28,518 bases of DNA, taken from positions 1 through 28,518 of the forward strand of contig NW_021833522.1 of NCBI RefSeq assembly GCF_006345805.1, in the 5' to 3' direction. A model generated the notes under the pieces. It did not search any database. It had not been told where the DNA came from and was given only the letters and a program-made list of their open reading frames with translations. Shown here piece by piece: positions 1 to 9,019 of the stretch (position 1 is the stretch's first letter; every line of letters begins with the position of its first letter). The position numbers and the translations under genes are program-made. This DNA comes from Octopus sinensis (taxonomy: Eukaryota).

Positions 1-338
1 TGTATATATACATATGATGTATGTGTGTGTATATACATAAGTACATGTGTTAGTGTGTGTGCGTTTCTGTGTGTTTGTATGTGCGGGGTTTGTGCATATC
101 CAAGCGCTACATCACGTCCAGTATATCAACGAGAAGAGAAACACGTTGTAAGAGAGAGAATGAAGAGGATGAACCATGTGAAGAATCGCTATGGTTGCTA
201 GCTCCTTGTTTTCTATTATTTTATACGTATATTTTCGTTAATTTCGTTTTAGAAAATGATTCTCTTTTTGATTCGTTTCGCTTTTTTTTTGTTATATCCT
301 TTTCGAACGACAAATATCAGAAAGTTCTTATCTCACAG

Positions 339-434
339 TCCCAGAACGAACTTTTCAATCCCACAGATCCATTAGTAATGGAAAAGCTGTGAGAAATCCC
401 AGTACAGAGGCAGAGTGGCAGAACGCCATCCAAC
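339..434 (+). CDS. Candidate internal coding exon of an unidentified host gene (phase 1/1; alternative in-frame acceptor would start the exon at 321)
   Basis: Acceptor TTCTTATCTCACAG|TC at 338/339 (or AATATCAG|AA at 320/321) downstream of a T-rich tract. Consensus donor AAC|GTAAGT at 434/435. Length 96 (or 114) nt, open in phase 1: (x)PERTFQSHRSISNGKAVRNPSTEAEWQNAIQ. Non-repetitive sequence. Protein family not recognised. Confidence 0.6.
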
Positions 435-614
435 GTAAGTCTTCGCCTTTTTTTCCTTCTGCGCCCACATACTCCCTCCTACTCATTACTACTTCCTCCC
501 ACTCCCTCTTACTCTTAACTCCAATCATCTATGCACACAGCGCCATCTTGGCGCATCGATTTGCCCGCGCTGCTTTGGTATTTTCAATACATTTTAATAC
601 CATGGCACGTCCAG

Positions 615-615
<1 letters not shown>

Positions 616-670
<55 letters not shown>

Positions 671-753
671 TCACACTCACACACTCACATACACACACTC
701 ACAGATACACACATGTATATATGTATATATATATTAATGTGTATATATATATG

Positions 754-791
<38 letters not shown>

Positions 792-800
792 TACAGACAT
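616..800. repeat. (CA)n followed by (TA)n/(TG)n microsatellite field
   Basis: Read directly from the sequence; explains the spurious HT/YI-rich ORFs at 389-1125. Confidence 0.95.
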
Positions 801-1302
801 GTACATACATGGCTACATGAGTACATACATAAAGATGCGTAGACATAGACACTTGCACACTCATAAAGATATACACATACACATACACCCCACCCGCCCA
901 CCCCCACACACGCAATCACACTCAAAGACGTACACAAAAATAATCACACACTTGCGCATGTCTATTTATCCGTATACGCATTGATTGTGTTTGTGTATGT
1001 TTGCATACGTTTATGTGCTTCTGGTTGTATCTTTGCTGGAGCAGGGGTGTTTTCGCGCGCGTGCGCGTTTGTATGTGTGTGAATGCTCGTATGTGTGTAT
1101 GTGTGTGTGTGAGTGTTGCAACCAAAAGGGTTCTTCTGCTGCCATACTAAAGTAGAACCGTTAAGAGACAGAGAGACAGACAGACAAATAAACAGTTATA
1201 GAGATAGATCGATAGATAGGCAGATAGATAGATAGAGATAGAGAGAGCGAGAGAGAGATAGCGAGAGAAAGAGAGAGACAGATAGAGAGAGTGAGAGAGC
1301 GA

Positions 1303-1389
1303 GAATGATCACCTTTTAGTCGAACAAATCGACCCCATGACTTATTCTTTGTAAACTTATTACTTATCTTATCGGTCTCTTTTGCCGAA
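1303..1389 (-). mobile_element. SINE family B fragment (3' half), truncated by the element at 1388
   Basis: Reverse complement matches the TTCGGCAAAAGAGACCGATAG-AATAAG-GGGGTCGATTTGTTCGACTAAA segment seen in family B copies at 25290-25433 and 28340-28490. Confidence 0.8.
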
Positions 1390-1975
1390 AGGCTGACAGA
1401 AATTTCTAAAAAATTCCATTATTACCATATCGTTATTACCATTCCCTTTGCCCTCATTTATGAATTGTTTATAAATTTAACCGTTAAAGGTATTTTTTAA
1501 TATGCTGGCCATTGATAAAATTTTTTTCGAGAAAATATTTTTTTTATTTCGAAAAGAATTTTATCCTCACGTTTGATATAAATTTAAGCGTTCATTTCCG
1601 AACTAACTAACTCACTCTGTGAAAGCTTCAGTTCAAATCGCACGTGCCTCGAATGGGCTGGAGTATTTCTATTTTGGATGTATTTGGGGTACTTAGTTGT
1701 GCCCATGACTTAGTGTTTGCTTCTTCCATGGGTGCGAGTAAGTATCTCATTTATTTCTTTTGCCACATGTATCACTGACGAAGAGAGGGCTCTTAGTAGC
1801 TAACTCTGAAATCGGTCCGATATGGTAATAATGGAATTTTTTAGAAATTTCTGTCAGCCTTTTTCCGAGTAGCGTGCGTATTGTGAAAAAATTATATGGT
1901 TAATGGACAATATGTCCCTTTTTTCGGCATATTTGGCATTAGAATTTTTTTCCTTTGCCCTCATTTATGAATTGT
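1388..1975 (+). mobile_element. Non-coding Penelope-like (pLTR) or retrozyme-like insertion with inverted 5' arm and terminal redundancy
   Basis: Perfect 45-bp inverted repeat (1388-1432 vs 1818-1862). 24-bp direct repeat CCTTTGCCCTCATTTATGAATTGT (1445-1468 and 1952-1975) defines a 507-bp unit. Contains a hammerhead motif and ends at a (TA)n tract. Confidence 0.7.
1769..1823 (+). ncRNA. Minimal type I hammerhead ribozyme motif
   Basis: Helix I GTATC(A) 1769-1774 / (C)GATAT 1818-1823 with a first-pair mismatch. Core CTGACGA 1775-1781. Helix II AGAG 1782-1785 / CTCT 1804-1807. GAAA 1808-1811. Self-complementary short helix III ATCGGT. Cleavage triplet GTC 1815-1817. Confidence 0.7.
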
Positions 1976-2295
1976 ATATATATATATATATATATATATA
2001 CATACAAGAGAGATGTTTATACTGCAGTTGCTGCTGTTGACTAACCCCAAGGTAGTTCTAATTCAAATGTCACGTTTTCACATGCCCTTCTCGTGTTCCA
2101 GCCGTAAACCTCCCTTCTGATTTCATCCTTGGTTTATCTATATCTTCTTTATCTGACATATTAAATTGGTCGGTATCAAGCGAAAGATTTTAATAAATAC
2201 CTTCATCATTCTTGCAAATAATTATCATGATATTTCTTCGTTTTCGTATTTGGTTAGCAAGATTCTTTATGTGAATTAGTGTGTTGAAACAAATC

Positions 2296-2760
2296 TTATT
2301 GTGTCTTGGGAAGGTCGTTACGCCAATAATAACACACGCACTAGTTCGATACCACTTCTTTATTGTTAACCAATTGGTTAATTATCTAACCAACAAACTA
2401 CTCGATCGTTTGTTTAATCTGCTGGTTAAACAATCAATCGGTTGTTTGTTTGTGACAGTCCTTTCGTCGCTATCCACGACCACGTTAATGACATGCTACC
2501 TCTCTTCAAGATCTCTGTTAAGTCTATCTGTGAATTAATCTTAACTAAGACTAATTCTGAGATAGACGGAAGGAATTTGACAACCAATCAACCGATTGAT
2601 TGCTTAACTAGCACATTAAACAAACGATCGGTAAGTTAGTTGGTAAGATATTTAAACATTTGACAAACAATAAAGAAGTGATATCGAACCAGTGCGTGTG
2701 TTATTTATTATTGGCGTAAAGACCCTCCCAAGACACACCAACCCTTTCAAGACACAATAA
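2296..2760. repeat. Long imperfect inverted repeat (foldback) within an unclassified interspersed repeat
   Basis: Arms at about 2300-2474 and 2561-2737 align by hand with about 24 mismatches and two small gaps (about 85% identity). Spacer 86 nt. Confidence 0.85.
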
Positions 2761-3017
2761 TCGCTATGATTGTTTTGTTGAATATTTCATGCAATGACAC
2801 TGACAGTAGCACGGTTGCTAGGAGGGGTATCAGTGTAGTTAGTTGCGTGACTAACAAATTCCTTTTGCAAAATTCTTTTTCAAAATCTAACCAGAATTTC
2901 ATCGCTTTATATGACTTCTTCCGTGACACTGGGGTAATCCTTGTTGGGTGAAGTAAGTGAAATCTGATCGACGGAAACATTTATAAAGCCAGCTGTAGAG
3001 TTTGTGCTTGTTTTGTA

Positions 3018-3425
3018 TAGGCATACATGGTTGTGCGGTTAAGAGGCTCGCTCTGCAATCAAATGGTGTCGTGTTATATCCCCCAAGTCGACAGATTCCC
3101 TGTGAATCAAATTTGGATAGTGGAAACTGTTTGGAAGACCGTTGCGCTAAGAAGCCTCCTTCCCGTCCACATGGTTCCAGGTTCAGTCCAACTGCGTGGC
3201 ACCTTAGGCAAGAGTCTTCTGCTATAACCCCTGGCCTAGCAAATCCTTGCGAGCGAATTTAGTAGGCGTAAGCTGAAAGAGGCTCGCCTTGTATATGTGC
3301 CTGTAACTTAGTGGTTCGGCAAAAGACCCATAGAATAAGTAGTAAGCTTACAAAGAGTAAGTCCTGGGGTCGATTTCTTCGACTAAAACCCAGCATGGCC
3401 AAAAACAAGTAAAAGAATAAAAGAA
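3018..3425 (+). mobile_element. SINE family B: diverged truncated head (~3018-3135) plus an internally deleted copy (~3140-3425)
   Basis: tRNA-like head with B-box GGTTCAGTCC and GCGTGGCACCTTAGGCAAG core; 3' tail CAGCATGGCC...AAACAAGTAAAAGA. Confidence 0.8.
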
Positions 3426-3426
3426 C

Positions 3427-3445
3427 ACACGCACACACACACACG

Positions 3446-3483
<38 letters not shown>

Positions 3484-3714
3484 AACACACATGCAAACAT
3501 ATATATAGATAGACAGCAAATGGCTATACAAACCACATCCATATATATACAACACAAGAGACACAGAGACAGGCAGAATCAAGGAAAATGCCTCTTGTAT
3601 TTGAATACTATGCAAATATTCTTTTAAGTCTAAAATATTCAGTTTCAATGACGGAAAGCGGTTCTGAAATGTTTTTATAAAATTATTTTAGCATTTTCTA
3701 CCTCAACGTTTTTT

Positions 3715-3752
<38 letters not shown>

Positions 3753-3910
3753 ACCACATATACACATATATAATATACATATATACATATATATATATAT
3801 ATATTATATAATATATATATATATTATATAGATATATATATATATATATATGTATGTATGCATATATATATATGTACTACATATATATATATGTACGTAT
3901 AGATATATAT

Positions 3911-3959
<49 letters not shown>

Positions 3960-4013
3960 GTATGCATATATATAGATATATATACACATACATATATATA
4001 TATATATATATAT
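3427..4013. repeat. (CA)n and long (TA)n microsatellite fields
   Basis: Read directly from the sequence. Confidence 0.9.
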
Positions 4014-4016
4014 GTT

Positions 4017-4483
4017 CCGTAAATCCTCGAGTATAATCCGCACTTTTTTTCCAAAATTTTACGGTCAAAATCCCTAGTGTGTACAATATATTAGGTTAAA
4101 AATGAAAAATATTTTCTAAGCAATGTCCGAGTCTCTATTTGCTGTCCGGCAATGTTTATTCAGACGCACTTTGTGATGTCGGGCGCGAAAATACCTTAAG
4201 CTAAGCCTGAAAGCAATGAAGTCAGAAAAGAAGTTATTAAAATAAAAATATTCAGAACACAGAATAACATGTAACAAAAACAATTCGCAAACGTAATTAC
4301 ATTCCCATATAACAGTTAAGAACATCACCATTATTGTATTATGCATGCGCGGAAGTGTTTGTTCGACTAGATGCTGATGGATTTATTTATGCACGACTCA
4401 AGGTGTAGTTTTTCAGAGGTGCAACCCCCTAAAAATCACCTGCGTATTTTACTCAAGGGCGGACTATACTCGAGGATTACGTT
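4017..4483. mobile_element. MITE with ~24-bp terminal inverted repeats, Tc1/mariner (pogo/Tigger-like) type, inserted in (TA)n
   Basis: Left end CGTAAATCCTCGAGTATAATCCGC (4018-4041). Right end GCGGACTATACTCGAGGATTACG (4459-4481) is its near-perfect reverse complement. TA arrays on both sides; no ORF. Confidence 0.8.
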
Positions 4484-4489
4484 ATATAT

Positions 4490-4556
<67 letters not shown>

Positions 4557-4756
4557 CATATATATATATATAAAAATATATACACACACGCGCATACATA
4601 CACATACACACGCAAGCACACACACATATACATACACGCGCAAGCACACACACACATATACATACACACACATATACGTATATACTAATTTATAGTTATG
4701 ATACAATTATATTAAAGAGTACGAATAAACCACACGAACACGCTAGAAATAGACTA

Positions 4757-4942
4757 GCGATTTGGCAGAATTGTTAGCTCACCGGTCAACTTGCTTAGCG
4801 ATATTTCTTCCGGCTCTTTACCTTCTGATTACAAATTCTGCATATTTGCTTTTTATGCTTTCGGGGGTTGATAAAATAAATTACCAGTGAAGCGCTAGTG
4901 TTTTTGGAGTCGACTAATCCCCTCCTCTCAAAATTACTGGTC
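4757..4942 (+). mobile_element. Diverged SINE family A copy
   Basis: TGGCAGAATTGTTAGC head and TTTCGGGGGTTGATAAAATAAATTACCAG central domain, shared with copies at 6358-7365. Confidence 0.75.
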
Positions 4943-4944
4943 TG

Positions 4945-5076
4945 AAACCCTGCATCGGACTGGCGTCCGTTTCAGAAGGGGTGTTGTGATCTCAGGCACT
5001 TTTACGCCATGGAAACCGAGTAACCACCCTTATGTGTTCTAGGGAACAATTAAAATAAATAAATAAATAAATAAAT
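4945..5076 (+). mobile_element. 3' part of another SINE (Meta-domain-like) with (AAAT)n tail
   Basis: CCCTGCATCGGACTGGCGTCC...GGAAACCG resembles, from memory, the conserved central domain of Meta-type SINEs. Ends in (TAAA)n. Confidence 0.4.
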
Positions 5077-5205
5077 GTCAGAGTGAGAGGGTAAAATTTA
5101 TGACCTTTGTGAACTTCCGAAACTGGCGTGGCTAAAATAGCGAAAAAGTAATTCTGACCGCTGATTAACTGTGACAGAGAAACTGAGTATCAAGTATCTT
5201 TGGAC

Positions 5206-5350
5206 CAGTAGTTCCCAAAGTGGACGGTATTGCTCCCTTGGGGGCAGTGGATAGATCTAGGGCATATTGAAGAAAAGTGGGGCGATAATGGGTGACCAAA
5301 AGGGGTGGGGGCAATTGATGTAAAAATCTCCCAATTAATGGGTTAATTAG
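5206..5350. mobile_element. Probable hAT-type MITE left end (host of the RTE insertion)
   Basis: CAGTAGTTCCCAAAGTGGACGGTATTGCTCCCTTGGGGGC resembles hAT/Charlie terminal repeats. The matching right end and an 8-bp target site duplication could not be confirmed. Confidence 0.4.
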
Positions 5351-5358
5351 GTATTTGT

Positions 5359-5806
5359 ATGAAAGATGGCAGAATCCCCAAGGACATACTCTACGGAGAG
5401 CTTGCTAGGGGTACTAGGTCTGTGGGTTGACCGATCTTACGTTACAAGGATGTTTGCAAAAGGGATATGAAGGCCTGCAACATCAATATTAGCGGTTGGG
5501 AGGCAGTTACCGGCAACCGTGGAGAATGGCGACGTACAGTAAAAGAGGGAATACAAAAGAGTGACAGAGAGAGAGAGGAGAAATGGAAAGAAAGGAAGAG
5601 ACGTAAACAAGAGACTATGGCACTACAACCAGCCAGGAACAGTCTTCGCGACATTTGCGGTACCTGCCAGAGGGAGTGTTTGTCCAGGATAGGACTACAC
5701 AGCCACAGCAGGAAATGTATCAGGACATGAAATATAAAAGCCGGACTAGACTACTTCATGCGCAACTCCATTGTCTCCCGAGACAGAAAGGATGCCAATA
5801 CAATAC
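5359..5806 (+). mobile_element. 5'-truncated RTE (BovB-like) LINE with exact 10-bp target site duplication
   Basis: Encodes MKDGRIPKDILYGEL...*...YKDVCKRDMK...CGTCQRECLSRIGLHSHSRKC, the typical RTE ORF2 C-terminus with zinc finger and one in-frame stop. 3' hairpin TGTCTC/GAGACA, then GATGCC and an (AATAC) tail. Duplication AGGTATTTGT at 5349-5358 and 5807-5816. Confidence 0.9.
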
Positions 5807-6357
5807 AGGTATTTGTGAAATACAGTTGTTTTGAATTTATTACAGAAAGTGATCTATGGTTGTATTGGCGTGCTGGGTGGGTGGGACCAAGTGTTAGAAA
5901 TGTGGCCTGGGTATGCCTGAAACGGTAGGAAATACTCTAAGAAGACACTGAAGTTCCAAGTGGTGGTATTACACAAAGCACCGTGTTAGGGTTTAATATT
6001 TAACACGTTATTTTCAACTTGAAAAATATGCAGCGAATAATTGGGAGCAGCGAATAATTTAAATGAATGTAGTGCAACTGGTTGGCGCAGCGTCCTGCCA
6101 TAGTTATTTGATGCAGGGATATAGAGCAGTGATATGTCGGTATGAGCTGGTGTAAAGATTTGGTGCACGGATCTGGCGCATTGGAATGATGGTATAATTT
6201 GGTGCAGTTATAATGTGCAGAGGAGTAATTTGATGTTCTGGTATGGCGCAATAATTTGCAGCAATATTATACAGCGATGTGATGTAACTGTTCCATGTAA
6301 TTATTCTCCGCAATGAATTAGTACCTTAATTTAATGTCGTTTTTAATTGCTCCAATA

Positions 6358-7365
6358 AGGTGGTGAGCTGGCAGAAACGTTAGTACGCTGGGCGAAATGC
6401 TTAACGATATTTCGTCTGCCGCTACGTTCTGAGTTCAAATTCCGCCGAGGTCGACTTTGCCTTTCATCCTTTCGGGGTCGATTAAATAAGTACCAGTTAC
6501 GCACTGGGGTCGATATAATCGACTTAATCAGTTTATCTGTCCTTGTTTGTCCCCTCTATGTTTAGCCCCTTATGTGTAATAAAGAAATAGGTATTTCGCT
6601 TGCGGTTACGTTCTGAGTTCAAATTCCGCCGAGGTCGACTTTGCCTTTCATCCTTTCGGGGTCGATTAAATAAGTACTAGTTACGCACTGGGGTCGATAT
6701 AATCGACTTAATTCGTTTGTCTGTCCATGTTTGTCCTCTCTGTGTTTAGCCCCTTGTGGGTAGTAAAGAAATAGGTATTTCGTCTGCCGCTACGTTCTGA
6801 GTTCAAATTCCGCCGAGGTCAACTTTGCCTTTCATCCTTTCGGGGTCGATTAAATAAGAATCAGTTACGCACTGGGGTCGATATAATCGACTTAATCCGT
6901 TTGTCTGTCCTTGTTTGTCCCCTCTGTGTGTAGCCCCCTTGTGGGCAGTAAAGAAATAGGCATTTTTAGGCGGTGAGCTGGCAGAAACGTTAGCACGCTG
7001 GGCGAAGTGCTTAGCGGTATTCCGTCTGCCGTTACGTTCTGAGTTCAAATTCCGCCGAGGTCGACTTTGCCTTTCATCCTTTCGGGGTCGATTAGATAAG
7101 TACCAGTTACGCACTGGAGTCGATATAATCGACTTAATCCTTTTGTCTGTCTTTGTCCTCTCAGTGTTTAGCCCCTTGTGGTAGTAAAGAAATAGGTATT
7201 TCGTCTGCCGCTACGTTCTGAGATCAAATCCGCCGAGGTCGACTTTGCCTTTCATCCTTTCGGGACCGATAAATTAAGTACCAGTTACGCACTGGGGTCG
7301 ATGTAATCGACCTATCCACTTCCCGACAAATTTCAGGCTTTGTGTCTATAGTAGAAAGATTATTA
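6358..7365 (+). mobile_element. SINE family A concatemer: two full heads and five ~180-bp head-less tandem units
   Basis: Units start at 6406, 6590, 6774, 7016 and 7195 (lengths 184, 184, 185, 179, ~170). Heads at 6358 and 6968. B-box GAGTTCAAATTCC and a Nin/Deu-like domain (GCCTTTCATCCTTTCGGGGTCGAT...AAGTACCAG) are present in each unit. Confidence 0.9.
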
Positions 7366-7740
7366 ATTGCACCAATTAGTTCGTTGCTTTTGTTTAGCTC
7401 AAAGACAGCTCCCATCGAACAATCTTATTTCCACAGTTTGCTAAACAGGGGCAGGATTCCAGCTACGGCATCCACTTCTGAATTTTTACACATCAGAAAC
7501 AGCGATTATTTTGTTGTTTGTTGGTAATGTTGCTTGCGCCAACTGTTATAAATCTCTTGTTTTGTGATCAGATCACTTATATACTACACCAATCTGGTCG
7601 GTTGACACCACTCACTTACAACGTCGTCTTTATGTTCCAGCAATGAAAATAAAACGATTCTATTTCTAGCATGTGTAGCTAACTGATGTTAAAGCAATAC
7701 CTGGTAGATGAGTTAACGGATGTTAGTTTCCCTGAAAAAA

Positions 7741-7741
<1 letters not shown>

Positions 7742-7822
<81 letters not shown>

Positions 7823-8001
7823 CCTAAGCATGCATTCATACATACATGTATACATACACACATACATATATACATACACACACACATATACCGAAATTCA
7901 TACATACATTCGCATATACATACATATGTATGTATATAAATATATACATATATCAATTCTATCTATCTACGTATATATATATATATTATATATATATATA
8001 A

Positions 8002-8032
<31 letters not shown>

Positions 8033-8111
8033 GCTCTCCCCTTCTTTCTCTGCCTATATACCTACATATAGACATACATACACGCATAAATACACACACA
8101 CACGCACATCC

Positions 8112-8188
<77 letters not shown>

Positions 8189-8202
8189 TATATATATATA
8201 TG

Positions 8203-8256
<54 letters not shown>

Positions 8257-8467
8257 GTGTGTGTATATATATATATATATATACATTCATACATTCATGT
8301 ATATATATATACACACACCACACACACACACATACACACATATATAAATAAACATATACACCACACAAACACGCATATGCTATATATCTGTCATCCTCAT
8401 AAACGTGAACAACGAAACTCAGGGGCATAAACACACACACACATTAATACACACACACACACACACA

Positions 8468-8505
<38 letters not shown>
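7742..8505. repeat. (TCTA)n, (TACA)n, (TA)n and (CA)n microsatellite field
   Basis: Read directly from the sequence. Confidence 0.9.
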
Positions 8506-8506
<1 letters not shown>

Positions 8507-8785
8507 GGACAGCCACATACAAATAAATACATTATAATTAAACCGCTGCCATAAAAGCTCAGTGTTTTTCTTTCCGCTTGGCAGGCCGAGATCACGTGAT
8601 CTGGTGGACATATGTTAAATATCTACTTATGACCAACGGAAATGAAATCCAGAAGAGGGCAATGGCGACCATTTTTTATGTCCGCTAAATCCTTCCTTGA
8701 TTACTTTATGAGACCCAGGGGTGTTTTTTCTATCTGTTGTTCCTCCGAGCCTCTCTCTTACACGTTACTGACTAACCATCCCCAG

Positions 8786-8815
8786 TCATTCCCGAGAATG
8801 GCACTCGGCTGCCAG
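8786..8815 (+). CDS. Candidate 30-nt symmetric microexon, phase 1: (x)IPENGTRLP(x)
   Basis: Upstream pyrimidine tract, branch-point-like CTGACTAAC (8768-8776), acceptor CCCCAG|TC and donor CAG|GTTAAT. Keeps frame between the exons at 339-434 and 20059-20165. Confidence 0.4.
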
Positions 8816-8931
8816 GTTAATGGTTAGATAAAGGAAAGTGTGGGATGGCTGTTAGTTGGTCGGTGGCAGATCGTTGTGGAGGGATGGGTGTTATGACGGG
8901 GACGGGGGAAATAATGTTACTGTTGTTGTTG

Positions 8932-8963
<32 letters not shown>

Positions 8964-9019
8964 TTTTTCAGTCATTCGACAGCGGCCATGCTGGGACACA
9001 TTATTCGGAAGCACACCGG

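Noticed and set aside
122-147. Possible small exon (CCAG|TA...GTT|GTAAGA)
   Set aside because: No polypyrimidine tract, and it would end in phase 0, which is incompatible with the phase-1 exon at 321/339.
57-392. 111-aa ORF from the ORF track
   Set aside because: Starts in a (GT)n-rich tract, crosses a T-rich polypyrimidine region and is in a different frame from the splice-supported exon. No recognisable domain.
685-1125. ORFs rich in YI/HT/CV dipeptides (also 3804-4688, 7686-8440, 17449-18574, 19032-19912, 27915-28510)
   Set aside because: These are translations of (TA)n, (CA)n, (TCTA)n and (TACA)n microsatellites.
6406-7365. Regularly spaced repeats superficially like a CRISPR array
   Set aside because: The whole 184-bp unit is repeated with no unique spacers. 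It is SINE sequence with a Pol III B-box in eukaryotic DNA, and there are no cas genes.
7398-7523. Candidate exon (TTGTTTAG|CT...TTG|GTAATG, 126 nt)
   Set aside because: Open only in phase 2; it has a stop in phase 1, so it does not fit the phase-1 exon chain. It could only belong to a different transcript model.
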